Positions 1-10,895 are shown, numbered from the stretch's first letter. The stretch is 33,920 nucleotides of DNA from Octopus bimaculoides (GCF_001194135.2 NC_068984.1:147736911-147770830); one strand, 5' to 3'. Notes: generated by a model from the sequence alone, not told the origin. Program-made: numbers and translations.

Positions 1-71
1 AATGAGAAAGAGTAAATCTGTGTTAATAAATCAGCAGTTAAGAAAAGGATTAGAAAAGGATAAAAATGCTC

Positions 72-74
<3 letters not shown>

Positions 75-114
<40 letters not shown>

Positions 115-620
115 TGTGTGTGTGTATGTGTGCGTATGCGCGTGTATGTGTGTATGAGTTTGATCTGTCTGTCTATCCGTCTGTCTGTGTGACCATGCGT
201 ATGTGCACGTGGGAGTGAGTGCGTGACTGTGTGTATGTGCAAGTGTTTTATTCGTGTGTTTGAGACAGAAAGCGTGTGCGTTTTGCATGTGGATGTGCGT
301 GTCTTCATATGTGCGCATGAGAAAGGTGTGTATGTGTGCATATGTGATATTTGTGTGTATGGGGGGTGTAAGAGAATACCTGTTTGAGACAAAGCGTATG
401 TGTATGCGTGTATGAGTGCGTGTGTGTGTGTGTGTATTCGTATATGTATGTCTGTGTATGCGTGCATGTGTATATTATGTTTGAGACAGAAAGCGAGTGT
501 GTGTGTGTACGAGAAATATAAGTGTGGGCATAGATTACTCGTACACTAAATAAGATACAGCAAATGTAAAAGAGAGAAAGGCAAAGAGAGATAAACATAC
601 AGACAAATAGAGAGAGAGAG
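75..620. repeat. Degenerate (TG)n/(TATG)n microsatellite-derived low-complexity tract ending in GA-rich sequence
   Basis: Pure (TG)n at ~75-125 decays into TG/TA-rich sequence. The His/Thr-rich minus-strand ORFs in the track are its translation. Confidence 0.9.
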
Positions 621-1019
621 GAGGGTAATAGTGAGAGCGAGCAGACTAAGTAGCTGAATGAAAGAGAAAGGTATTATGGTGTTTGTGGAAAGAGGCGGCA
701 AAGAAGTGCAGCAAATGATACACTATATTTAAAAACAGACGATATTAAGCCGTCTGCTACTTTTTTTTTTCAATGTTTCCTTTCAGTCCTTAGTTTATAA
801 ATGGCTGAAAGGTGGATAGTAAGTGTTCAATAGCGAAAAATGTACATAAAAGAAAGTATTCAGATACTTAGGAATTTATGTGTACAGCATCCATATGTGT
901 ATCTGCGCGTGTACGTGAACCTGTAAATAAATATATACACATTATATAGATATAAATACTGCAATCCTGACAGTTTTCTCCAAGTTTATGCAATGTGTGT
1001 GTGAGTGTATAATATAAAC

Positions 1020-1172
1020 GCAGGAGTGGCTGTATGATAAGAAGCTTGCTTCCGTAACACATGGTTCTGGGTTCAGTCCCACTGCGTGACACCTTGGACT
1101 TCTACTATAGCTTCGGGCCGACCAAAGCCTTTTGAGTGAATTTGGTTGACGGAAACTGAAAGAAGCCCGTCG

Positions 1173-1208
<36 letters not shown>

Positions 1209-1699
1209 NNNNNNNNNNNNNNNNNNNNNNNNNNNNNNNNNNNNNNNNNNNNNNNNNNNNNNNNNNNNNNNNNNNNNNNNNNNNNNNNNNNNNNNNNNNN
1301 NNNNNNNNNNNNNNNNNNNNNNNNNNNNNNNNNNNNNNNNNNNNNNNNNNNNNNNNNNNNNNNNNNNNNNNNNNNNNNNNNNNNNNNNNNNNNNNNNNNN
1401 NNNNNNNNNNNNNNNNNNNNNNNNNNNNNNNNNNNNNNNNNNNNNNNNNNNNNNNNNNNNNNNNNNNNNNNNNNNNNNNNNNNNNNNNNNNNNNNNNNNN
1501 NNNNNNNNNNNNNNNNNNNNNNNNNNNNNNNNNNNNNNNNNNNNNNNNNNNNNNNNNNNNNNNNNNNNNNNNNNNNNNNNNNNNNNNNNNNNNNNNNNNN
1601 NNNNNNNNNNNNNNNNNNNNNNNNNNNNNNNNNNNNNNNNNNNNNNNNNNNNNNNNNNNNNNNNNNNNNNNNNNNNNNNNNNNNNNNNNNNNNNNNNNN

Positions 1700-1732
<33 letters not shown>

Positions 1733-2009
1733 TACATATATATATATATGTATATATGTATATATGTATATATATATATATGTGTGTGTGTATGCATGTA
1801 TATATATGTGTATGTGTCTGTATTTATCCCCCGATCATCACTTGACAACCGATTTTAATGTGTTTGTGTCCCCGTAATTTAGTCAGCAGACGAGACCACT
1901 AGAATAAGTATTAGTCTGACAAAGATTAAGTTTTGGAGTCGATTTGTTCAATGTGGTGCTCCAGCATGGCCGCAGTCAAATGACTGAAACAAGTAAAAGA
2001 ATAAAAGAA
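1020..2009 (+). mobile_element. tRNA-derived SINE, family A (bipartite, internal TA/TG microsatellite spanning an assembly gap)
   Basis: Head GCAGGAGTGGCTGTATGATAAG (A-box-like) and GGTTCAGTCC (B-box-like, 1070-1079). The 5' half ends GACGGAAACTGAAAGAAGCCCGTCGTA, followed by (TA)n, gap 1209-1699 and (TA/TG)n. The 3' half CTTGACAACCG...GTGCTCCAGCATGGCCGCAGTCAAATGACTGAAACAAGTAAAAGAATAAAAGA matches the copy at 25499-25774. Confidence 0.9.
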
Positions 2010-2587
2010 GGTTCTTAGGATGCAGGAGCTCATCCTACGAGCTCTACCGACCTTACTGTTTATGAATTCAGAAGTCTTATGTAACGGACCGTCGTCTCGT
2101 TCATTGGAAATTTAGTGATCTCGATCACTTATAAAGTATGGAAAGTCAATAACCTGCCTTATAAGTCATAAAGCTAAAGAAAAATGTTTTAACATCATAC
2201 CTTCCAGCGATCCCATTGAATCCCTGTATAGTGCAGGGAGTTTTACCACACATTTATCCAACTGATTTTCTCCATGGTGTATTCGAATAAATCGTAGTTC
2301 CTGTTTTGGGGAAGCAATTAAATGGGGGTTTGCTGGACGGTGTTACTCCCCCACTATTCAATGGTGCACCCTCACATTTAGAAAACACGGTTTACAAAAA
2401 TCATCTCCCAATACTTTTCTTAAAGCCAGACCGTTTCTTCTTAAACCAGAACGAAAGATAACTTCAAAACGATAAACCAGGCGAACCAAAGAGACTGGTC
2501 AAAAAGTCTCCAAGGAATTAATAGAGGGCGAAGTGATGCTGAATAAAAGAAAAGAATGCAAAAATGAATAACAGTGTCAAGAACGAC

Positions 2588-2589
<2 letters not shown>

Positions 2590-2651
<62 letters not shown>
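2590..2651. repeat. (AC)n microsatellite
   Basis: Uninterrupted CA dinucleotide run. Confidence 0.97.
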
Positions 2652-2654
<3 letters not shown>

Positions 2655-2789
2655 CTGTTAATTATACTAAGTTTTTGAAAAGTATGGCTGGGTTGGTGGT
2701 TGGAATCTATATAGGTAAGTAATTTGCTTTATAGCATGTATTAGTCAGTAATAAGGTCGATAATGGCACCTAACAAATTCACCATACTG

Positions 2790-3125
2790 AAATAGTTATA
2801 ATTCTCATTTTCAGTTCAAAGTCCAGTGTCAGATCGGATATCTTCAATAAATGCAGACATCCTGCGATTTCTTGGCATGAATTGATCTCTCCAAAACAGG
2901 ACGTCCGTATTCTGTAAAGGAATAGCACAAGACCGAAGCAATAGATCTTGATGCATGTGCTGTGGTTCCCCATCTAGAGTTGACTAGTTTCCGTAGGATG
3001 TAGTTTCGGGAACAAACTTTCAATTTGGTTATTTTGACGTACTCTCTCAAGGAGAGAATGCACTTCAAGTTTACTCCAAGGTAGATAAGGTAGGTACAGT
3101 ACTCCAGCGGTGTTCCAGAAGCATC
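2790..3125 (-). mobile_element. Non-LTR retrotransposon RT C-terminal fragment, Ingi/Vingi (I-group)-like, decayed
   Basis: Minus strand reads YLGVNLKCILSLREYVKITKLKVCSRNYILRKLVNSRWGTTAHASRSIASVLCYSFTEYGRPVLERSIHAKK. This matches the YLGVxLDxxL...RNxxLRKLxxxxWG...ALxYSxAEYxxPVW pattern of RT thumb regions. Clade assignment is less certain than LINE status. Confidence 0.78.
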
Positions 3126-3423
3126 TGATGCTTAAAGGTATGACACATTCTACCAGTGACCCAAGTTTGAAAGTGTTTCGTTAAGAAAACAAGTGTTGCC
3201 CGTCAAATCACAAAGATCCGAGAACGATGTCACTATTGTTTTTAGCCCCAGGAAGACAAAAACAAAAACAAAAAAAACAGTAATATCGTCCTCTATAGGA
3301 TCGCTACATTTAGTTGGCAAATATATTTTACGATTCCGTACTGTTAATGTTTATCTCTCGCTCAGAGATATAATATAACTTATCTCTCTTTTAATTATAA
3401 CTTGACATAAAAGCAAACATTTA

Positions 3424-3425
3424 TG

Positions 3426-3512
<87 letters not shown>
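3424..3512. repeat. Compound (TA)n(TG)n microsatellite
   Basis: Directly visible. Confidence 0.97.
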
Positions 3513-3515
<3 letters not shown>

Positions 3516-3609
3516 ATCAATAAAACATATATCAGAAAAGAAGCACCCTCTAAAGAATAGAGCAGTAAGTATTAAAACAATGTTAAATTCTGATCATAGA
3601 ATTACTAAC

Positions 3610-3657
3610 GGTTTCGCATGCACGAAAACCGCAGCTTTGCCGACAGCTCGCCAGACT
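3610..3657 (-). other. Candidate 48-nt internal exon of an unidentified gene
   Basis: Minus strand: long pyrimidine tract TTTCGTTTTTCTTTCCCTCTTTGTATAG, then 48 nt open in all three frames, then donor GTTAGT. No homology recognised. Confidence 0.3.
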
Positions 3658-4185
3658 CTATACAAAGAGGGAAAGAAAAACGAAACTTTCTGCCACGCAG
3701 ACGTGAGGAAAAGCTCAGATATCGAAAGTTAACGGCTAAGTGTGTGCAAATATTTATTCATTTGTTTAATTAAGTGTTGTTGCAAAGAGAAATGATATGA
3801 AAGAGAGACTCTAAAGTGAGTTTACATATGATTGAATAATTGCCAGAGAAGGTAAACGTTGATTCTGGTAGCGGTGGTAGAGGAAAGCAGATATGTAAAG
3901 AGCAGAGAGGTGAGAGAGAATGTAAAAAGAGAAAGACTGACTTAAGTAGATGATAAAAGAGATAATAATTTTCGTTTTTTCTTTTTATTAGGCAGAGAGC
4001 CAATATAATTTCTATAATTTTATGATTGATCAAGTCAGTATAACATATCATTGGTATTTATTTGAGAGACGCACAGAGAAGGAGAGGTAAAGCATTTCAA
4101 TGGGATTAAATACGTAAGCAAAAGGGACAAAACTAAACATTGCAAGCTAATTAGATTAAACAGTCACCTACAATTCTACTGCATA

Positions 4186-4223
<38 letters not shown>

Positions 4224-4893
4224 TATAGATCCATACATGGATTCATAAGCTCCGACGAAGCTATATGGTGATACGCAAGTACTCAACTACGAGTGCATTG
4301 CATCTTATTGCAGAAACAAAGATAAGCTAATGAAGGTCATTAAATAATTTCTTGTTCCCTTGTCCTTTTTATAATCTCTTACTTCTCAGGCAATTTTTTG
4401 TTAAAAAGTTAAAATTCATAAAAACACGTTTTAAGGTTAAAACCAAATAAAAAGCATGTTTTTTCTTTTTACGATTAATCATTGTAATTAATCATTTCGT
4501 TAAGTCAGTAAAGTTTAAATCGTACAATAAAGTTAGAAAAAGGTTTTAAAAAATGTAATCTCATTAAAAAGAATTGTTTCTAATTAGAAACTGAAACGAA
4601 TAAATAGATTTAGTGACATGTATTTTTATGCATTGATTAAACGTAAATTTGCTGTATATGGCTCTGATAGGTTTTTGTAGAGCTGTTGTACTGGACTACC
4701 ACTTTGGAGCAATTTCTAGTAATCCCTATGGCTTGTCTTGTTCTTCGATGTTGAAAATAATTTGATACCATGTGTGTCTTGTCGTTTGAACACAAAAGTC
4801 TAGCATGTCTGTACAGTTTTTCTGTTAGACAAATTTACGACTTCAAAGTACTTTTACCAATATTAGTTATTGTTGATCGATACCAGTTGCTAA

Positions 4894-6281
4894 TCTATAT
4901 ATATAAAAATGAGAATGTGTGTCTGTCTGTCTGTCTGTCTGTCTGTGTGAATCCCTAAAACTCGAGAACTACGCAACCAATTTCATTCAAATTTTACACA
5001 TGCCTTACTTAGGGTTCCAGTTGTGTTTTAGTCAAAAAAAATTATTAACTTCTTGCAGAGTTCGAGCACACGGCAACAATATCTCCTCCACTATTTAAGT
5101 ATTACGTGTCAAAAGTGAAACAAAAACACTCATGTCAAATACTTTCACTTTAAAAATGAAACTATTCCACTAACTGAAACAATCACATTTCGATACTGTA
5201 GTGACAGATACTTTCACAGAGAGAGAAAGAGAGAAAGANNNNNNNNNNNNNNNNNNNNNNNNNNNNNNNNNNNNNNNNNNNNNNNNNNNNNNNNNNNNNN
5301 NNNNNNNNNNNNNNNNNNNNNNNNNNNNNNNNNNNNNNNNNNNNNNNNNNNNNNNNNNNNNNNNNNNNNNNNNNNNNNNNNNNNNNNNNNNNNNNNNNNN
5401 NNNNNNNNNNNNNNNNNNNNNNNNNNNNNNNNNNNNNNNNNNNNNNNNNNNNNNNNNNNNNNNNNNNNNNNNNNNNNNNNNNNNNNNNNNNNNNNNNNNN
5501 NNNNNNNNNNNNNNNNNNNNNNNNNNNNNNNNNNNNNNNNNNNNNNNNNNNNNNNNNNNNNNNNNNNNNNNNNNNNNNNNNNNNNNNNNNNNNNNNNNNN
5601 NNNNNNNNNNNNNNNNNNNNNNNNNNNNNNNNNNNNNNNNNNNNNNNNNNNNNNNNNNNNNNNNNNNNNNNNNNNNNNNNNNNNNNNNNNNNNNNNNNNN
5701 NNNNNNNNNNNNNNNNNNNNNNNNNNNNNNNNNNNNNNNNNNNNNNNNNNNNNNNNNNNNNNNNNNNNNNNNNNNNNNNNNNNNNNNNNNNNNNNNNNNN
5801 NNNNNNNNNNNNNNNNNNNNNNNNNNNNNNNNNNNNNNNNNNNNNNNNNNNNNNNNNNNNNNNNNNNNNNNNNNNNNNNNNNNNNNNNNNNNNNNNNNNN
5901 NNNNNNNNNNNNNNNAAACACTGTCTGTAGCTGGTCTTCTCTTGGAAGAGCCCTGCTTCTCACATGGACAACTGTATGTTGGCTGCTCAAGAGTGGGCAG
6001 CAACAAAAAAACTATTTGTATATGCTCCACAAGGGAAAACAAGGAACATAGTTTACAATGAGGTGTTATAATCACAACAGCAAGAAAGTATGTACATGAT
6101 CACCTTCTTTTACGAAACTTCATTGACTTTCATATATTTATATTGATATACATATATATACGTGTGTTTGGGTGCGTGTGTGTATATACATCTCTATATA
6201 TAAAGATGATGCGTAGTCTAGGCGGCGTTTTTAGATTTCATTAGTCTCTTTAACCCGGGCAACGCCGGGTATTTCTGCTAG
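4894..6281 (+). mobile_element. Non-autonomous Helitron with both termini
   Basis: 5' A|TCTATATATATAAAAATGAG. 3' hairpin ACCCGG-GCAACG-CCGGGT (6253-6270) followed by CTAG|T (6278-6281). Inserted between A and T with no TSD. Internal (GTCT)n, (GA)n and gap 5239-5915. Confidence 0.9.
5916..6071 (+). pseudogene. C-terminal fragment of Helitron RepHel PIF1-family helicase
   Basis: TLSVAGLLLEEPCFSHGQLYVGCSRVGS, then a +1 frameshift in an A7 run, then KLFVYAPQGKTRNIVYNEVL* (TAA 6069-6071). FSHGQLYVxxSRV is the conserved PIF1 motif VI region of Helitron helicases. Confidence 0.92.
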
Positions 6282-6722
6282 TATTGAATAGTTGCATTTT
6301 TTTTTTCGATTCATAAAACAGGTCTCTTTAAGAAAAGAATTATTTATTACCATCCAATTGTAAGTAGTTTACTTACAGTTTTAATTTTTTGCACTTGTTA
6401 TTTAGGAATTTTAGATTTACGATCAGAACGAAGTACTTTCCCTTGCTATTATTTTCACTACACGTAAATGTACAACATGTTACTTGTTTCTCAATAATAT
6501 TTCGAGATATATTTTTTATGTATCGTTTAAATTTATTGTTAATTATTATGTACATTTTAATCTGATATTAATTGAATTGAGTCATTTTCTTTCGCTGATG
6601 CATTACTGGATCTTTTAGATGTTGATTGTAGAGTTTTTCCGTCATTGCCTTACTGAACTGTTTTTTTTTTCCCGTTTCGAGTAACTTTAATTTTGATTCT
6701 GATTTCCTTATTCTTTACTCAG

Positions 6723-7417
6723 ATGCCAAAGTCAAAAACAAGTCAAAAAGCAAAAGCCCTTGAATTTACAGAAAAATTCTCAAAAGAATTTGTACTGATA
6801 CGCAATAACCAATTACATTGCAGACTGTGTTTCGTTGATGCGATAAAAAACATTTTGTCGAGTCGCGTAGAACGAGAAAAAAACATCAAAATTATCTTTA
6901 ACAGACTACTAGAATTGAACAGCCAGCTACCAAATCGTTTGAATTTAACGAAAACAAATCTTGGGGGTACAAATGGTGACCAAAGTGTTTCTTGAGTAAA
7001 CATTCCTTCGCACAGGCTCACTAATCCAAGTTTGAGAAATCTCTTTGATTCTGTCAATAAGCTACTGCCATCTCAATCTACGTGTCTAAAATATGTTAAT
7101 ACGCTTAGTGCAAGCACTGTTGAATATTACAAGAGCTGCCTGGCTGATCAAATGTATTTTCAGTTGTTGATGAAAGTGAGGTCGATGACAAGAATTTGTT
7201 TATGTACTTATTGGTTCAGTTAAATATCCTGAAAAACTGCTCTTAATAGAATGCTTGCTACTCGATTCCGCTCTTACTGCTGTAGTCATCGCTCAGATCA
7301 TCGATGATTCTCTAAGAAATATAGCGTTTCCAAGAGACAATTTTCCCCTATGGTGCTGCTCAGTATATAGTAGCTGCTGGAGAAACATTGCAAGTTATGT
7401 ACACCGAGTTCTTCCAT
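6723..7417 (+). pseudogene. Decayed hAT-superfamily transposase of the CGGBP1/DUF659 type
   Basis: MPKSK...LHCRLC (BED-like start), then across frameshifts NIPSHRLTNPSLRNLF...LPSQSTCLKY...VFSVVDESEVDDK...FVYVLIG...LLLIEC...IAQIIDDSL...GAAQYIVAAGETLQVMYTEFFH. This parallels the NIP..L.NP.FR.FL / SIDET / SDAAPYM..A...L...YP...H pattern. Truncated before the C-terminal half. Confidence 0.75.
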
Positions 7418-7663
7418 GAGGTTGAAATCAGTCAATACTGTTAAAAAATAAGGTTCAAATATATGAAAATAAGGTTGAAATCAAGCAATTTTTAAGGTTT
7501 CAAAAATTGCCCTATGTATTATGTTCTGTACTCGTCTAACGTTTTTCTCTGAAGCATACGTATATTGAGTTCTAAAACTAAGTGTTAGTATCGCTATACC
7601 TAAACAAAATATTAACATATTGACCTAAAAAACAAGTAATATCAAAAATCTCACCATTTTGAT

Positions 7664-8070
7664 TTAGTCTCCTCCTTCAAAATATTCGCCTTGGGAGTCT
7701 ACACGCTTCTTCCAGTGTTCCTGCCACTACAGGAAACATTTCAAGAAATCGCTATTTGGGATACTGTAGAGTCGTGCCGTCGAATTTTGCTTAATGTCCT
7801 CTGTTGACTCAAATCTTCTCCCTTTGAGTGTTCTTCGAGCTTTGGGAATAGCCAAAAGTCACACGGAGCCAAGTCTGGGGAGTAGGATGCCTGACGAACA
7901 AGTGGTGAGTCTTGCTTGACAAAGAATGCTTGGACGACGTTGGCGGAATGAGCGGATGCGTTGTCATGGTGGAATTGCCAGTACTTTGCTGCCCACAGAT
8001 AGTATTCCTTGTTAATTGTCTGACCTTGTGGTGCATATTCATGGTGCACAATACCTATGTAGGAAAACAA
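7664..8070 (-). pseudogene. Mariner (DD34D) transposase C-terminal fragment
   Basis: GIVHHEYAPQGQTINKEYYL...HHDNASAH...YSPDLAPCDFWLFPKL, with 34 residues between the second and third Asp (counted). After a frameshift: KGRRFESTEDIKQN...SQGEYFEGGD*. There is an internal deletion after EYYL. Confidence 0.93.
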
Positions 8071-8522
8071 AACAGGCCGGGATTATATTATCTAAGGTAT
8101 TCTACTGGTTAATCCCTATGATATAATGCGAAACTCACTGATATATATTAGGGATTGTTGAAATTATATATTACCAATATTGGAGGAGAATATGTAGAAG
8201 CCATCACTTAGATACACTTACTATAAACAGCTTTTAACTAACTATACGTAGCTTTTAACTTTTAACTTCTTAAACTCACTAATATCCTGTACGCATCCTT
8301 CAAAAGAAAAATGACAACCTAAGTTCCATGAGCTCATAATTAACCCTGAAGAAATCCTACAGTTAGAATATGATACTTTTCTTAGCATTTAACCAAATGT
8401 TTAGAACTTCTGATCAACCAGGTGATAGGACTGAAACGTAAATGTAGGTTCTTTTGAGCTTTACAACTTGTAATCAATTTATTTGTACTGTTGTGTTTTT
8501 TAGAAAGAAATTTCATCATTTT

Positions 8523-8841
8523 ATGTTGTTGGCACTCCGTCGCTTATGACGTCGAGGGTTCCAGTTGATCCGATCAACGGAACAGCCTGCTCGTGAAGTT
8601 AACGTGCAAGTGGCTGAGCACTCCACAGACACGTGTACCCTTAACGTAGTTCTCGGGGATATTCAGCGTGACACAGTGTGACAAGGCTGACCCTTTGAAT
8701 TACAGGCACAACAGAAACAGGAAGTAAGAGTGAGAGAAAGTTGTGGTGAAAGAGTACAGCAGGGTTCGCCACCATCCCCTGCTGGAGCCTCGTGGAGCTT
8801 TTAGGTGCTTTCGCTCAATAACCACTCACAACACCCGGTCT
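8523..8841 (-). mobile_element. tRNA-derived SINE, family B (head lost in gap 8842-9126)
   Basis: Minus strand begins AGACCGGGTGTTGTGAG (just after a B-box position) and runs through GTCACGCTGAATATCCCCGAGAACTACGTTAAGGGTACACGTGTCTGTGGAGTGCTCAGCC to GACGGAGTGCCAACAAC with a (CAA)-type tail. I recognise it as an abundant octopus repeat. Confidence 0.75.
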
Positions 8842-9319
8842 NNNNNNNNNNNNNNNNNNNNNNNNNNNNNNNNNNNNNNNNNNNNNNNNNNNNNNNNNNN
8901 NNNNNNNNNNNNNNNNNNNNNNNNNNNNNNNNNNNNNNNNNNNNNNNNNNNNNNNNNNNNNNNNNNNNNNNNNNNNNNNNNNNNNNNNNNNNNNNNNNNN
9001 NNNNNNNNNNNNNNNNNNNNNNNNNNNNNNNNNNNNNNNNNNNNNNNNNNNNNNNNNNNNNNNNNNNNNNNNNNNNNNNNNNNNNNNNNNNNNNNNNNNN
9101 NNNNNNNNNNNNNNNNNNNNNNNNNNTATATATATAAACATATAGCTTATATTCATTTAAAAGAAGAAAAAGAAAATGAGATTGGGAAGTTAATAATTGT
9201 TTATTAACAACAAATTAATCTTCACATGGAACTGTTTCAATTAATACTTAATAAAGATTAAATTTATATTCATATGACCTGAGGTGTGTGAGTGTGTATG
9301 CATATATGCTTGTGAGTGT

Positions 9320-9525
9320 TTTTGTGTTTGTCCCCACCATCTCTCGACAACTGGTGATGGTTTGTTTACATCCCCGTAACTTTGCAGTCCAGCAAAATAT
9401 TTCGGTAGAATAAATACTAGTCATAAAAAAAAACAAGTACTGGGTTCTGTTTATTCTACTAAAAACCCTTCATGAAAGTGCTTCAGCATGACCCCAGTCC
9501 AATAACTGAAATAAGTAAAAGATAG
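9320..9525 (+). mobile_element. SINE family A, degenerate 3' half
   Basis: GTTTGTCCCCACCATCTCTCGACAAC...CCCCGTAACTT...GTGCTTCAGCATGACCCCAGTCCAATAACTGAAATAAGTAAAAGA aligns to 25575-25774. Confidence 0.8.
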
Positions 9526-10219
9526 ATCTTTTTCTTTCTCATGTGCAAGAATCTTAGGGCCATACGGTTTGCTTTGTTGCTGTAGCGCCATATCTCTTAT
9601 CTCCATTCATGATGTATCTTGGCGCCGAAGTATTCCTTTTTTTTTTATCGAATTTCCAATTCATGATGTCATATGTTATACGAAAGGAATATATGAACGA
9701 AAAGAACGGAAATGAAGATTTGCGTATTTATTCTTAATACCTTCGGGCAGATTCAAACGCAGTTTATGCTAAATGCTGCTGAGTATCTCGCAGGAGAACA
9801 ACTCCTTTTACGTTCATTACACACTCGACTCATTCGTGCGAGACAGTCTGGGAAACCGGCGTTTCGACGTGCTGTGTCTGGTCAGCCAGAAGCACACCGG
9901 GACCTTTGAGTTTAAAGAACAGCCAGTGGCCTTTGTTTTTGATTTCAGCGAGCAAGCTGATTTTTTTTTTAACAGTGCTATAACTGCCAACTGATAACAC
10001 ATCATTATTTGTACTGTGAACAGCGAGATCTGAAACGAGGATTCTTGAACAGATGTAAAAAGTAGTCGTTTATTCCATATTTGGCATTTTGATATTGAAG
10101 TATCGATATATTTTCTACCGTTTGAGTGTGTACTCTTATCCTTTGTTAACATAATTTTTTTCTTATTTACAAGTGAGTTTTGAGAGAATTTATCAAAATC
10201 TCTATCGTAATTCGAATTA

Positions 10220-10394
10220 CTATATATGTTGGCATAAAAGACGCACGGGTATATCAAATGCACCCAACTTCAGCAGCACATATTCAGGAAAAATAAGTTT
10301 TAGAGAAGTAAAGTTTATGGGTCCAACTTCACATTTAGGACCCGGGGTGATTTCTTTGGGAAAAAAAGTGCATATTATAAGCTATCAAATACGG
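10220..10394. mobile_element. pogo/Tigger-type MITE (~175 bp)
   Basis: Left end TA|CTATATATGTTGGCATAAAAGACGCAC. Right end reverse-complements to CCGTATTTGATAGCTTATAATATGCAC. The subterminal CAGCAGCACATATTCAGGAAAAA is shared with 22014-22328. Confidence 0.7.
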
Positions 10395-10895
10395 AATATG
10401 TTTCCTTGATATCTGCAACTGTTTGTTTAAGTGAAAGAATCCATCTTCGGTTAATGGATCCAATATGCCTAAAAGTATCTTGGCAAGTTGCTTCAGTATA
10501 TAAAATTTCTGGTTTTCAAAGGTTTAATGGTCAGGATACCAATGTTTATAATGGTCACGATACTAATATTTCCTTTCTAAAACAAAACTTGGACTCGTTC
10601 AGTTCTATCACATCATCGTCGAAAACATCGACATCTCCTCTAGTATCCACTCTGCGTCTTCCTGAAGTAAATTGCACAAGTCGTTGATAGTTCAGAATCA
10701 GAAACGTCAATCTTCATATTTTGTGAAGGAGATTCTTCAACTACAACAGTGTTGTAACCGTATTTGTGAGTGATGTTTTCCTTCAGAAAGACTTTTGTCA
10801 AACAAAATTCTAACAACCAGCTGCGGGTAAGCGAGTAGTGTTTGTCATAAGCAGTACATCTAATAGAGTTTTTCAGTAGCCCTTCTAACTCTAGT

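Noticed and set aside
31-598. His/Thr-, Tyr/Ile- and Cys/Val-rich ORFs here and at 2441, 17017-17991, 21459-21816
   Set aside because: Translations of CA/TA/TG microsatellites.
1020-1085. tRNA-like A/B boxes here and at 10896, 31550-31629, 31790-31869, 32320
   Set aside because: They are SINE heads attached to repeat bodies and do not form a complete cloverleaf. Not tRNA genes.
2804-2900. Strong-looking plus-strand acceptor CTCATTTTCAG
   Set aside because: It lies in the antisense of a LINE fragment and all three frames stop within about 35 codons.
4250-4292. CCGACGA...GATAC...GTA hammerhead-like order
   Set aside because: Both core segments are mutated and helix I does not pair.
6423-7530. 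CAGAAC...GTTCTG as termini of the hAT relic
   Set aside because: Only 6 bp match and there is no 8-bp TSD.
8110-8156. Inverted repeat AATCCCTA...TAGGGATT enclosing GAAA and CTGAT
   Set aside because: Only 4 nt separate the core-like words, too few for helices III and I. Just a short inverted repeat.
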